A stretch of 64,000 bases of DNA, taken from Mycobacteriales bacterium. Lineage in GTDB: Bacteria; Actinomycetota; Actinomycetes; JAFAQI01. The translations under genes were made by a program, and so were the position numbers. This document shows, piece by piece, positions 1 to 9,626 of the stretch (positions are counted from its first letter, which is position 1; each line of letters begins with the position of its first letter). The stretch is from the NCBI GenBank assembly GCA_036267755.1, contig DATAVK010000137.1, positions 1,513 through 65,512 on the forward strand. Reading direction: 5' to 3'. The notes under the pieces are model-generated. The model worked only from the letters and a program-made list of their open reading frames with translations. It was not told the origin of the DNA and made no database searches.

Positions 1-1019
1 GACGCGCCCTTAGCGGCGAGCTTGGCGAACGACGACGGCAGGAAGACGAACGACGCGACGAAGGCGAGGACGGCCGAGACGATCGCCGAGATGAAGAAGC
101 CGCGGTTGATAGCGGTGAGACCGCTGCGGTCACCGTCGCGGGGGGCGGTCACCAGGACACCCAGGACGGCGGTGATGACACCGACCGCGGGGATGATCAG
201 CGGGAAGACCAGGCCATCCTGCCCGAAGGCGAACTTGCCGAGCAGCAGCGACGCGACGAGTGTCACGGCGTAGGACTCGAACAGGTCCGCAGCCATCCCG
301 GCGCAGTCGCCGACGTTATCCCCCACGTTGTCGGCGATGGTGGCGGCGTTGCGCGGATCGTCCTCGGGGATGCCCTGCTCGACCTTGCCGACGAGGTCGG
401 CGCCGACGTCCGCCGCCTTGGTGAAGATGCCACCGCCGACCCGCATGAACATGGCGAGCAGCGCGGCGCCGAAGCCGAAGCCCTCGAGCACCTGTGGGGC
501 GTTCTGGTTGAAGATCAGCGTGACGACGCTCGCGCCGAGCAGGCCGAGCCCGACGGTAAGCATGCCGACGACGCCGCCCGAGCGGAACGCGATCCGGGTC
601 GCGACCTTCGCACCGCTGGCCTGCGCGGCGGCCGCCGTCCGGACATTGGCGCGCGTGGCGAGCGTCATGCCGGCGAAGCCGACGAAAGCCGAGAACGTCG
701 CGCCGACCAGGAAGAAGACCGAGCGGCCGATCCGGGAGCCGGTGGTGTCGGCCGGGAGAATGAACAGCAGCGCGAAGATCACGACGGCGAACGGCGCGAG
801 CGTGGTGAACTGCCGGCGCAAGTACGCCGCAGCACCTTCCTGCACCGCCTTGGAGATCTCCTGCATCCGCGGCGTGCCCTGGTCGTAGGCGAGCACCTCG
901 CGGGCGAACAGCGCCGAGACGCCGAGCGCTAAGACGGCGATGACAGCGACGACGGCCACGATGCCAAGGTCACCGCCTGAGATGTGGGTCGGGTCCGAGG
1001 CGAGGGCGAGCGGGGGCAT
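1..1019 (-). CDS. hppA: H+-translocating membrane pyrophosphatase (M-PPase), N-terminal ~339 codons; 3' end runs off the window
   Basis: I translated the minus strand from the ATG at 1019. It reads MPPLALASDPTH...AYDQGTPRMQEISKAVQEGAAAYLRRQF...GGIFTKAADVGADLVGKVEQGIPEDDPRNAATIADNVGDNVGDCAGMAADLFESY, which are hallmark M-PPase motifs. There is no stop before position 1, so the ORF is missing from the supplied track. Confidence 0.9.
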   Translation of the reverse strand, partial: MPPLALASDPTHISGGDLGIVAVVAVIAVLALGVSALFAREVLAYDQGTPRMQEISKAVQEGAAAYLRRQFTTLAPFAVVIFALLFILPADTTGSRIGRSVFFLVGATFSAFVGFAGMTLATRANVRTAAAAQASGAKVATRIAFRSGGVVGMLTVGLGLLGASVVTLIFNQNAPQVLEGFGFGAALLAMFMRVGGGIFTKAADVGADLVGKVEQGIPEDDPRNAATIADNVGDNVGDCAGMAADLFESYAVTLVASLLLGKFAFGQDGLVFPLIIPAVGVITAVLGVLVTAPRDGDRSGLTAINRGFFISAIVSAVLAFVASFVFLPSSFAKLAAKGA

Positions 1020-1160
1020 GCGTGTCCTTCTGATCGGCAGCTACGACAGGCGGCACCCGAGCACGCGGGTGCGAGGCGGCGGTGAGTGTAGTAGCCGCGG
1101 CCTGCCTTGCGTCGGCTGACCACGCGATTTGGCTCGGGCGCACTGCCCAGCCGGTAGGGG

Positions 1161-1637
1161 CTACTGAGCGCCCGGGACGGTCACCGTCGTCGAGGGCCAG
1201 GCCATCCGTACGTGCGTGCCCTTGCCGTCCGCGACCACCTCGACGTCCTCGACGAGCCCACTGATCACCGCGAGCCCGAAGCCCGGCGGGAGCGCCTCGA
1301 CGCCGACCGCGGCGTCCGCGTCGGCGCCCGACTCGGCGTTGATCGTCTCCTCGATCGACCCCGGGTCGAGCGGGGCAGCGCCGTCCATCGATCCCACATC
1401 GAGGACCTCGACGGTGAAGCGCGACAGGTCGTCGGACAGCAGCATCGTGACCGGCTCCTCCGGCGCGACGCCGACGTTGATGCCGACCGCCCGGGAGCAC
1501 GCCTCACCGACCGCGAGGCGGACCTCGTCGAGCAGTTCGTCCGGCACGCCCGCTCGCCGCGCCACGGCGAGCGCTACCAACCGTGCCGTCCGCACGTGGG
1601 CGGGCAAGGCGGTGAAGGAGACGTGGACGGTGGACAT
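1161..1637 (-). CDS. Anti-sigma regulatory factor (RsbW/SpoIIAB-type Ser kinase, HATPase fold), partner of the upstream STAS protein
   Basis: 158-aa ORF starting 3 nt after the STAS gene stop. Motifs VRLAVGEACSRAV and GFGLAVISGLVEDVEV fit anti-sigma kinases. The pairing matches Streptomyces bldG with its downstream anti-sigma gene. Confidence 0.8.
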   Translation of the reverse strand: MSTVHVSFTALPAHVRTARLVALAVARRAGVPDELLDEVRLAVGEACSRAVGINVGVAPEEPVTMLLSDDLSRFTVEVLDVGSMDGAAPLDPGSIEETINAESGADADAAVGVEALPPGFGLAVISGLVEDVEVVADGKGTHVRMAWPSTTVTVPGAQ

Positions 1638-1640
1638 ACC

Positions 1641-1982
1641 TCAGTCAGTCGCGGCGAGCGCCTCGTCGACCGAGGCATGGATCGGGAACACCTTGGTCAG
1701 GCCGGTGATCCGGAAGATCTTGAGGATCCGCTCCTCGGTGCACACCAGGCGGAGCGTGCCGTCGTGAGCGCGGACTCGTTTGAGTCCACCCACGAGCACG
1801 CCCAGACCGGTCGAGTCCAGGAAGTCGACCTTCTCCATGTCCACGATCAGGTGATAACTCCCAGCGGACACTAGGTCGATGAGCTGCTCACGCAGCTTGG
1901 GCGCCGTGTAGACGTCAATCTCGCCGCCCACAGTGACCACGGTGTGGTCACCCTCGGTCTTTGTCGACAGGGACAGGTCCAC
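1641..1982 (-). CDS. bldG: Anti-sigma factor antagonist (STAS domain), BldG-like
   Basis: The ORF 1641..2030 is trimmed to the GTG at 1982 ([34 protein letters not shown]...[18 protein letters not shown]...[17 protein letters not shown]). It is near-collinear with Streptomyces BldG and contains the phosphorylatable DSTG motif. Confidence 0.85.
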   Translation of the reverse strand: MDLSLSTKTEGDHTVVTVGGEIDVYTAPKLREQLIDLVSAGSYHLIVDMEKVDFLDSTGLGVLVGGLKRVRAHDGTLRLVCTEERILKIFRITGLTKVFPIHASVDEALAATD

Positions 1983-2090
1983 GCGATTCCTCCAGCAGCC
2001 GGTACGGCGCAACGGTGACAATGAAAGCACGCCCGAGTCAAGCGCGCCGAGAGCCTCCGCGTCGTACCCCGATGGCAGACTCAGAAGGCG

Positions 2091-4448
2091 ATGATGTCGC
2101 TAGCTGCGCTCGATGCTCCGGTCGAGTCCCCGACCGCCCGGCTGCTTCGCCAGCCCCGGCGCGCCGAGCGCGTCACGCACGTCGAACGGCTGCCGCCGCG
2201 CAACGGCACGGTCGCCGACTGGCCGAGCTGGGTCGCGCCCGCCGTGCTGTCGGCACTGCGGGCACGAGGCATCGCGGCGCCGTGGTCCCATCAGGTCGAG
2301 GCCGCCGACCTCGCCTGGTCCGGCCAGTCGGTCGTCCTGTCCACCGGCACCGCGTCCGGCAAGTCGCTCGGCTACCTGCTGCCGGGCCTCACACTCGCCT
2401 GCAACGGAAGCGGGACGACGCTGTACCTCGCCCCGACGAAAGCGCTGGCCGCCGACCAGGCGCGCGCGATCGGAGCGCTCGGGCTCACCGAGGTGCGAGC
2501 GGCGATGTACGACGGAGACACCCCGACCGAAGAGCGCGACTGGGCGCGCCGCCACGCCGACGTCGTCCTCACCAACCCCGACATGCTCCACCACGCCATG
2601 CTCCCGGGACACGCCCGCTGGGCGGCGTACCTCAAGCGGTTGAGCCTGGTGGTGGTCGACGAGTGCCACGGCTACCGCGGGGTGTTCGGCTCCCACGTGG
2701 CGATGGTGCTGCGGCGGTTGCGGCGAATCGCGGAGCACTACGGCGCCGACCCGGTCTTCGTGCTCGCCTCGGCCACGGTGTCGGAGCCGGCCCTGATGGC
2801 CCGGCGGCTGCTCGCCCTGCCAGTGGCCGAGGTGACCCAGGACGGTTCGCCACGAGGGGCGCTCGACGTCGTGCTGTGGGAGCCGCCGCTGTTGCCCGGC
2901 TCCGCGCCAGGCGAGTCGGCCGACGCAGCTGCCGTCCCAGTACGCCGGACCGCGACCGCGGAGGCGTCCGATCTGCTCGCCGACCTGGTCTCGGCCGAGA
3001 TCCGGACCGTCGCGTTCGTACGCTCGCGCCGCGGCGCCGAGTCCGTCGCCCTCGGTGCCCGGCGCGCGCTGGCCGAGTCGGCGCCGGCGCTCGTGGGTCG
3101 GGTCGCGGCGTACCGAGCGGGTTACCTCGCCGAGGAGCGGCGCGCCCTCGAACGCGCGCTGCACAGCGGCCGGCTGCTCGGGCTCGCGACCACCAACGCC
3201 CTCGAGCTCGGAGTGGACGTCAGCGGGCTCGACGCCGTGCTGATGGCCGGCTGGCCCGGTAGCCGCACGTCGATGTGGCAGCAGGCGGGGCGAGCCGGCC
3301 GCACCGGCGGGGACGCGGTCGCCGTCCTGATCGCGCGCGACGACCCGCTCGACACCTATCTGGTTCACCACCCCGAGGCGGTGTTCGGCCAGCCGGTCGA
3401 GGCGGCAGTGCTCGACCCCGACAACCCGTGCGTCCTCGGCCCGCACCTCGCGGCAGCTGCCGCGGAGATCCCGTTGACCGAGGCGGACCTTCCGCTCTTC
3501 GGACCGGCGGCACCCGCCGTCCTCGACGACTTGGTCGCGGCCGGACTGCTGCGCCGGCGTACCGCGGGTTGGTACTGGACGCGTCGGGAACGGGCGTCGG
3601 ACCTTGCCGACATCCGGGGCTCGGGAGGCGTCCCCATCGGCATCTGCGAGGGCGCTACCGGACGGTTGCTCGGCACGGTCGACGCGAACGCGGCTCACGG
3701 CGCCGTACATGACGGCGCGGTGTACCTCCACCAGGGCGAGACCTACGTCGTGGACCGACTTGACCTCGACGATCGCGTCGCGCTGGTGTCGGCCGCGACG
3801 GTCGACTACACGACGCACGCCCGCGACCTGACCGAGATCTCGGTGGTATCCGCAGAGCAGGTCACCCGCTTCGACGGTGTGACGTTGGCCCTGGGCACGG
3901 TCGACGTCACGCATCAGGTGGTGTCCTACCTCCGACGCCGGCTCGGGTCGGGTGAGGTGATCGGCGAGGAGCCACTCGACCTGCCGATCCGCGAGCTCCG
4001 CACCAAGGCGGTCTGGTGGACCGTGACCGACGACGTGTTGAGCGCGGCCGGTATCACCGCTGCCGACCTGCCCGGGGCAGCCCACGCCGCCGAGCACGCC
4101 TCGATCGGCCTGCTCCCCCTGGTGGCGACCTGCGACAGGGGGGACATCGGCGGCGTGTCGACGGCGCTGCACCCCGACACGGGACTCGCGACGGTCTTCG
4201 TGTACGACGGCCATCCGGGCGGCGCGGGGTTCGCGGCGCGTGGCTTCGCCGCGGCTAGGCAGTGGCTCGTCGCCACCCGCGACGCGATCGCCGCGTGCGA
4301 GTGCGAGTCGGGGTGCCCGTCCTGTGTCCACTCACCGAAGTGCGGCAACGGCAACGAGCCGCTGGACAAGGCCGCGGCGCTTCGGCTGCTGTCGACTGTC
4401 GCGGGAGTCTGCTGGGCCGAGCCGACCCTCGACCTGGTCGCCGACTGA
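2091..4448 (+). CDS. DEAD/DEAH (DECH)-box ATP-dependent helicase with C-terminal DUF1998/MrfA-type zinc domain (Rv3649/SCO3550-like)
   Basis: 785-aa ORF with Walker [14 protein letters not shown], a DECH box ([11 protein letters not shown]), helicase-C QQAGRAGR and the C-terminal Cys cluster [20 protein letters not shown]. Confidence 0.9.
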   Translation: MMSLAALDAPVESPTARLLRQPRRAERVTHVERLPPRNGTVADWPSWVAPAVLSALRARGIAAPWSHQVEAADLAWSGQSVVLSTGTASGKSLGYLLPGLTLACNGSGTTLYLAPTKALAADQARAIGALGLTEVRAAMYDGDTPTEERDWARRHADVVLTNPDMLHHAMLPGHARWAAYLKRLSLVVVDECHGYRGVFGSHVAMVLRRLRRIAEHYGADPVFVLASATVSEPALMARRLLALPVAEVTQDGSPRGALDVVLWEPPLLPGSAPGESADAAAVPVRRTATAEASDLLADLVSAEIRTVAFVRSRRGAESVALGARRALAESAPALVGRVAAYRAGYLAEERRALERALHSGRLLGLATTNALELGVDVSGLDAVLMAGWPGSRTSMWQQAGRAGRTGGDAVAVLIARDDPLDTYLVHHPEAVFGQPVEAAVLDPDNPCVLGPHLAAAAAEIPLTEADLPLFGPAAPAVLDDLVAAGLLRRRTAGWYWTRRERASDLADIRGSGGVPIGICEGATGRLLGTVDANAAHGAVHDGAVYLHQGETYVVDRLDLDDRVALVSAATVDYTTHARDLTEISVVSAEQVTRFDGVTLALGTVDVTHQVVSYLRRRLGSGEVIGEEPLDLPIRELRTKAVWWTVTDDVLSAAGITAADLPGAAHAAEHASIGLLPLVATCDRGDIGGVSTALHPDTGLATVFVYDGHPGGAGFAARGFAAARQWLVATRDAIAACECESGCPSCVHSPKCGNGNEPLDKAAALRLLSTVAGVCWAEPTLDLVAD

Positions 4449-4475
4449 GCCGTCACGTCGCCACTGTGGCGCCGC

Positions 4476-4832
4476 TCACTGCGCAGCTGGCCCGGCGCGG
4501 GCCTGCCCGACCGCGCTGCCGAACCGACTCAACCCGCCAGGCAGCGGGAGTCTGACTTCGACCTGGGCTCCCGCGCCGTCTAGGCCACATCGCGTCAGTT
4601 GCGCGCCGTCGACGCGGGCGATCGCTGCGGCTGCTGCGCATGCAGCGGCCGGCCCGGCGACAACGTCACCGGCGGCGGCGAGCGCCGCCGCGTCAGCTGC
4701 GGTGGCCGCGCGGTGGCGGGCGACGACAACCGTGCCGATCGCCGCGCAGCTCATCGCGACCGTGACGACGACGGCCATGGCGATGACCACCCACAACGTG
4801 GCCGACCCGGCGTCTCGTCGATCGCTGCTCAC
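4476..4832 (-). CDS. TadE-like pilus protein (Rv3654c family)
   Basis: This is the C-terminal 118 codons of ORF 4476..5300, from the GTG at 4832 (VSSDRRDAGSATLWVVIAMAVVVTVAM...). It has an N-terminal hydrophobic pseudopilin-like helix. GTGA overlaps the upstream gene stop at 4829-4832. Confidence 0.7.
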   Translation of the reverse strand: MSSDRRDAGSATLWVVIAMAVVVTVAMSCAAIGTVVVARHRAATAADAAALAAAGDVVAGPAAACAAAAAIARVDGAQLTRCGLDGAGAQVEVRLPLPGGLSRFGSAVGQARAGPAAQ

Positions 4833-5170
4833 GGCGGCGAGTCGGTGGTCTCGACGTCGTCGCTGGCGTGACCCGCAACCGTGACGCCGGGCAGCAGCCG
4901 TGACAGGCCCAGCGGCGCCACGCGGACAGTGACCGTCGCGGTGACGACAGTTGCCGACCGCGAGATCTCGAGCCCGGCTCCCGCCGGTGCAGCGTCGAGC
5001 GCTGTGCTTCGGGCGAGCTGACCGGTCTCGCCCCGAGCTGCGAGCCGCGCCCCGACCGCGGCGGCGTCGACGCATCGCAGTTGTGCCGTGATGAGGGCGA
5101 CGCCGTACAAGGCAGCGACCAGCACGAGAACCAGCGCGGGCAACGCGACCGCAAGCTCCGCCGTCACCAT
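4829..5170 (-). CDS. TadE family pilus protein (Rv3655c-like)
   Basis: ORF 4829..5338 trimmed to the ATG at 5170 (MVTAELAVALPALVLVLVAALYGV...), a typical TadE N-terminus. Confidence 0.7.
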   Translation of the reverse strand: MVTAELAVALPALVLVLVAALYGVALITAQLRCVDAAAVGARLAARGETGQLARSTALDAAPAGAGLEISRSATVVTATVTVRVAPLGLSRLLPGVTVAGHASDDVETTDSPP

Positions 5171-5238
5171 CCCTGCCTCGCCGGAGCGGTGCTGGGCCGG
5201 CCCGGCCGTGGGGATCCGGCCTCGGCCGGGCCGGAGTC

Positions 5239-5424
5239 TCACAGCCCGACGTGCAAGGCGCGGGAGATGATCTCCTGCAGCAGGCTGCTCGCGAATCCAC
5301 TGGTCAAAATCTTGTAGAGCAAGGCGCCGAAGCTGCACGCCGCCACCGTGCCGACCGCATACTCCGCCGTCGACATCCCCTCATCCGAGGCTCGCACCAG
5401 CTGCCAGAGCTTGCGCATCACCAT
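5239..5424 (-). CDS. Flp-type pilin-like small protein (DUF4244, Rv3656c-like)
   Basis: 61 codons from the ATG at 5424: MVMRKLWQLVRASDEGMSTAEYAVGTVAACSFGALLYKIL... This carries the G/xxxxEY Flp prepilin processing motif followed by a hydrophobic helix. Confidence 0.7.
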   Translation of the reverse strand: MVMRKLWQLVRASDEGMSTAEYAVGTVAACSFGALLYKILTSGFASSLLQEIISRALHVGL

Positions 5425-5569
5425 GTCCCCTCCGATCGCCGGCGGCCGGCCGGCTCGGGCCCGCGGTTGCGGGCAGGTCCAGCGTCGGGGTGAGGAAGGG
5501 CGAGAAACGCCGGGATCGCAGCGCTGTGGACGTCGCCGTCTCTCCCGGTCGGTGTGCATCGATCCGCCC

Positions 5570-6310
5570 TCAACGCAGCACGGGCAGCAACCCGATCACG
5601 AGTGGCACTACGGCGACCAGGACGAACGCCGGCAGGAAGCAGAGTCCGAGCGGCACCACCACCCATACCGAGGCTTGTCGAACCCGTTGCTGCAGTCCGG
5701 TTCGCCGCTGGGCCCGTAGCCGGGACGCTGTACGTCGGAGCTCGTCGGCCGTCGCGGCTCCGCTGTGGGACGTCCGGATCGCGGTGCGCGCGATCGGCGC
5801 GAGCCGGGCATCCGCCAGCCAGGGCGCCCATGCCTGGTCGGGCGACGCGCCGGCACCCAGCGCCGCCGCGACGGCTCGGCACCGTTGCCGCAGCACCTCG
5901 TCCTCGACACCCTCGGCCGCGGCGGCCACTGCCTCCGATAGCAACGTCCCGCCCGCCAGAGCGGCGGCGACGAGATCGGCGACGAGGGCGACGGCGCCGC
6001 CATCGACCTCGAGGTCAGCCGAGCCGCCGCCGAACCGCACCATCACCACCGCGAGTACACCTCCGGCGACCACTCCGAGCACCGGGCCGAGCACGGCGAC
6101 CGCCGCGATCAGCGCCACGATCGCGGCCGCGATTCGACGCCGTCGCGTCAGCCGGGTTGCCGCCCGGCGCGGCGACGGCTGATCCGTGGCCGCGGCGGGG
6201 TTGGCCGCGTCGATCGAGAGACCGCTCAACCGGCGGCTGGGAGCGGGCGGCGGCCTCACCGTCAGCCCGGCTGCGATCGCGATGGCGGACGCGGCGAACG
6301 CGATCACCAT
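5570..6310 (-). CDS. Type II secretion system F family membrane protein (TadC-like, Rv3657c-like)
   Basis: 246-aa ORF, a polytopic membrane protein, placed between the pilin and the TadB-like gene as in Tad loci. Its start overlaps the upstream stop (6304-6310). Confidence 0.7.
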   Translation of the reverse strand: MVIAFAASAIAIAAGLTVRPPPAPSRRLSGLSIDAANPAAATDQPSPRRAATRLTRRRRIAAAIVALIAAVAVLGPVLGVVAGGVLAVVMVRFGGGSADLEVDGGAVALVADLVAAALAGGTLLSEAVAAAAEGVEDEVLRQRCRAVAAALGAGASPDQAWAPWLADARLAPIARTAIRTSHSGAATADELRRTASRLRAQRRTGLQQRVRQASVWVVVPLGLCFLPAFVLVAVVPLVIGLLPVLR

Positions 6311-7122
6311 CGCGTTGCCCAGCGCGTGATTCGGGACATCGCGATCACACCCGCGGCGTCCAGCAGTCCAGCGACGGCCAGCAGCCCCCAGCCGAGCGGG
6401 CGGTGGAGCAGTAGCCGGAACGGGTGTGCGCCGATCGACTGCCCCAGCGCCAGCCCCATCAGCGGCAGCCCGGCGAGCAGGACGACGGTGGCGCGCGGTG
6501 CGGCCAGCGCGCTATCGAGCTCAAGCTGCAGCTCCCGTTCGGCGTCGAGCGTGTCGGTCAACCGGTCAAGTACGGCGGCGAGCCGACCGCCGGTGGTCTC
6601 GGTGACCCGCCAGGCGGCGGCGACTTGCCGCAACGCATCGGCGCCGGGCTCGTTCGCCGCGAGTAGCAGACCATCGGCGGCCGGCATCCCGGCGGCGACA
6701 GCGACCGCCGCGGCGGACACTGCGTCCCGCAGCGGCCCGGCCCAGGGTCCCGCCGCGGCAAGCGCGAGCGCCGGGGTCCGGCCGGCCCGCAGCTCCGCGG
6801 CCAGCGCTGCCGTCAGCTCGACCGTCGCGGCGGCCGTTGCCGCTCGTTGCTGCGCGGACTGCCGAGCCGACCAGGCCCGGACGCCCACCGTGGACGCGAC
6901 GACAACGAGGACCGGGATGGCGACGTTGACGCGGGCAGCGGCCACCGCGGTGCCGATCACCACGGCCAGCAGCGGCCGCCACCCTCGGCGAAGACCGAGG
7001 GGCGACGGCGTACTTTCCGACTCGCTGTCGGTGAGAGTCGACAGCCGCCGTCGAACCGCTCCGCGGCGGCCCGCTGTCGCCACCGCCAGGGCCGCGGCCA
7101 CCGCGGCGAGCCAAACGGTCAC
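6304..7122 (-). CDS. Type II secretion system F family membrane protein (TadB-like, Rv3658c-like)
   Basis: ORF 6304..7437 trimmed to the GTG at 7122 (VTVWLAAVAAALAV...). GTGA overlaps the ATPase stop at 7119-7122. The C-terminal GspF-like region reads LLAGLPLMGLALGQSIG. Confidence 0.7.
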   Translation of the reverse strand: MTVWLAAVAAALAVATAGRRGAVRRRLSTLTDSESESTPSPLGLRRGWRPLLAVVIGTAVAAARVNVAIPVLVVVASTVGVRAWSARQSAQQRAATAAATVELTAALAAELRAGRTPALALAAAGPWAGPLRDAVSAAAVAVAAGMPAADGLLLAANEPGADALRQVAAAWRVTETTGGRLAAVLDRLTDTLDAERELQLELDSALAAPRATVVLLAGLPLMGLALGQSIGAHPFRLLLHRPLGWGLLAVAGLLDAAGVIAMSRITRWATRW

Positions 7123-8291
7123 ATCGGCCCGGCGGGATCGGGCTCCGTCGTACCCAACCGCTCGGCGAGCACCTCGGCCCCGCCCAGCGGGAGTGCCCGG
7201 CCACCGTCGAAGCGGTACGCCGGACGCACCTCCGCCCGGCCGCTGGCGCCAGGGACGAGCACGCCCAGGCCCACGACCACCCGTCGTCCGGTCGCGTCGC
7301 GGGCGAGGTGCACCACGGCGTCGACCGCGGCCAGCAACAGGCTGTGCGCCGCCTCCCGCGGTACGCCGGCCCGGACACACAGCGACTCGATCCGGGCGGG
7401 CACATGTTCGGCCCGGTTGGCGTGCACGGTCCCGCAACCGCCCTCGTGGCCGGTGTTGAGCGCCGCGAGCAGGTCCAGCACCTCGTTGCCGCGCACCTCA
7501 CCGACGACCAGCCGATCCGGCCGCATCCGCAGTGCCTGCCGGACCAGGGTCTCGAGACTGACGGCGCCCTCACCTTCGGTGTTTGGCACGCGGGCAGCGA
7601 GGCGGACCACGTGCGGGTGCTCAGGTCGCAGCTCCGGGGCGTCCTCAACGAGCACCAGCCGCTCGGCCGGGGCCGCCGACGACAGCAGCGTCGAGAGCAC
7701 GGTTGTCTTCCCACTGCCCGTGCCGCCCGTCACGAGAAACGCCAGCCGGCCCCGCACCAACGCCCGAAGCAGCCGCACACCCGGCGACGGCACGGCACCG
7801 AGACCGACCAGATCCTCGAGGGAGAACGTGCGGCGCGGCGGCACCCGCAGCGACAGGCAGGTGCCTTGCGGCGACAGCGGAGGGAGGATCGCGTGGACGC
7901 GAGTGCCGTCGGGTAGCCGGGCGTCCGCATAGGGCGCGGCATCGTCCAGTCGTCGGCCACCCGCACCGATCAGCCGCACCGCTAGGCGTCGTACCGCCGC
8001 CTCGTCGGGCAGATCCAGGCCAGCGCGCTCGGGGCCAGCGCCACGGTCGACCCACACCGGGCCGGGGCCGTTGACGAGGACATCCGTGACGCCAGGCTCC
8101 CGGAGCAGCGGCTCGAGCACTCCGGCGCCGATGATTTCCGAACGCAGCGTGTGGGAGGCGGCGAGCAGGCCGCTGGCGCCGGCCATGGGTGCCTCGTCGT
8201 GCAGCGCCGCGGCGAGCGCGGCCGGGTCCAGGCCGCCCGGCGCGAGCGAGATCCGCCGGCGAACCCGATCGAGCAGCGCGTCGTCGCTCAC
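7119..8291 (-). CDS. TadA/CpaF family secretion ATPase (Rv3659c-like)
   Basis: 390-aa ORF with Walker A VTGGTGSGKTTVLSTLL and VirB11/CpaF-type motifs (VGEVRGNEVLDLLAALNTGHEGGCGTVHAN). Confidence 0.9.
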   Translation of the reverse strand: MSDDALLDRVRRRISLAPGGLDPAALAAALHDEAPMAGASGLLAASHTLRSEIIGAGVLEPLLREPGVTDVLVNGPGPVWVDRGAGPERAGLDLPDEAAVRRLAVRLIGAGGRRLDDAAPYADARLPDGTRVHAILPPLSPQGTCLSLRVPPRRTFSLEDLVGLGAVPSPGVRLLRALVRGRLAFLVTGGTGSGKTTVLSTLLSSAAPAERLVLVEDAPELRPEHPHVVRLAARVPNTEGEGAVSLETLVRQALRMRPDRLVVGEVRGNEVLDLLAALNTGHEGGCGTVHANRAEHVPARIESLCVRAGVPREAAHSLLLAAVDAVVHLARDATGRRVVVGLGVLVPGASGRAEVRPAYRFDGGRALPLGGAEVLAERLGTTEPDPAGPM

Positions 8292-9340
8292 GCCGCGACC
8301 CGACCGGCCGTCGCCAGCTCAGTCAGCAGGGACCGGCAGCAGTCGTGCAGCGTGCCGCGAGACCGGCCAATGGGCGGCCTGCCTTGGCGGGCGGCAATCG
8401 CGACGTCCCGGTCGCGCCGCAGCACGGCTCGCACCGGAAGCCCGAGCGCGGTGCCCACGTCGTCGGGGGCAAGACGGGGCGATCCGGCATCGCAGATGAC
8501 GAGCCCGGTCACGGTGGCCACGGCGCGCAGCCGCCGCGCCACCCTCACCGCCGCGGCGCTAGACCGGACCGTGGTCGGCACCACCAGCAGGACCTCGTCA
8601 CAGTCGGCAGCACAGACCTCCGCGGCTGGGTCGAGCGCTCGCGGTAGGTCGACGACGACCGTGGGCACCGCCCGGGACGCGGCGTCGACCACGCTGCTCG
8701 CTGCCTCGGCGGGCAGCTCGATGACGTCACCGCGGTCCCACGACAGCAGGGCCACGCCATCGACCTGCGGCAGCGCGTCAAGCAGGGCCGCGGCCGAGAG
8801 CCGGCCGCTGGTCCCGGCGAGATCGGCCCATCGGGCTCCCGGCCGGTGCTCGGCTCCGAGCAGTACATCGAGTCCGCCACCCAGCGGGTCGGCGTCGATC
8901 AGGATGACCGCGCCGGTCCGCGCGGCCGTCAGGGCCAGCCCGGCCGCCAACGTCGAAGCACCTGCACCACCGCACCCGCCGACGATGCCGACCACGGCAC
9001 CGCGACTGTGGGCCGGCTCGGCAGCTGCGACCAGCAACTCCAGGAGCCGGGACTCGCCCTCGGGCAAGGTCAGGAGCTGCTGGGCTCCCACTGCCACGGC
9101 CCGATGCCACAGCGCCTCGTCGGGAGACTGCTCGGTGACGACCACGACGCCATCCCGGCGAGGCACCCCGGGAACCGCGACGACATCGGGGCCCAGCACC
9201 ACCAGGCCGGCCGACTTCCAGGCTGCTCTGGCTGCGGCGCCCGGCGACTGCATCTGTACCGGTGCGCCCGCAAGAGCGGCCAGCCGGGCGACCGCATCGC
9301 GCACGCCGTCGTCGCGGGTGACCAACAGGACGGGGAGCAT
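8288..9340 (-). CDS. ssd: CpaE/MinD-like ATPase, septum site-determining protein Ssd-like (Rv3660c-like)
   Basis: ORF 8288..9541 trimmed to the ATG at 9340 (MLPVLLVTRDDGVRD...). It has a receiver-like N-terminus plus a deviant Walker A, GIVGGCGGAGASTLAAGLA. GTGA overlaps the tadA-like start. Confidence 0.8.
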   Translation of the reverse strand: MLPVLLVTRDDGVRDAVARLAALAGAPVQMQSPGAAARAAWKSAGLVVLGPDVVAVPGVPRRDGVVVVTEQSPDEALWHRAVAVGAQQLLTLPEGESRLLELLVAAAEPAHSRGAVVGIVGGCGGAGASTLAAGLALTAARTGAVILIDADPLGGGLDVLLGAEHRPGARWADLAGTSGRLSAAALLDALPQVDGVALLSWDRGDVIELPAEAASSVVDAASRAVPTVVVDLPRALDPAAEVCAADCDEVLLVVPTTVRSSAAAVRVARRLRAVATVTGLVICDAGSPRLAPDDVGTALGLPVRAVLRRDRDVAIAARQGRPPIGRSRGTLHDCCRSLLTELATAGRVAA

Positions 9341-9626
9341 GGGGCCACCGTCGTCGATGCGACCGCGCCGGAGCGGCCGGGCGGATGCGCATGTGGATGG
9401 CTCGGCACCGCAGCGAGGCTGGGGATGACATGGCCCGGACGTGGGACGACCCCCGCTGGGGGGGTAGCGGGGGCCGTCACAAGATCCGGCTTCGGGGGGG
9501 TGAGCCGGATCAGATCGATGTCGCAAGGCGACGACTGTCACATGCCCGCGTCAAGGACCATCAAACCAGCGAACCGCGAGACATTTGCATCAGGGATGGA
9601 TTATCGGTTCGCCGTACGCTGGGGCA

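Noticed and set aside
2100-4331. Very long ORFs antisense to or out of frame with called genes. Examples are 2100..4331(-), 1961..3262(+), 20104..21807(-), 23051..25024(-), 36151..38202(+), 42414..43958(+), 50162..51526(-) and 38280..39398(-).
   Set aside because: Their translations are Arg/Pro/Gly/Ala-rich low-complexity strings with no motifs. They overlap genes with clear family signatures, and stop codons are rare in every frame of high-G+C DNA. They are shadow ORFs.
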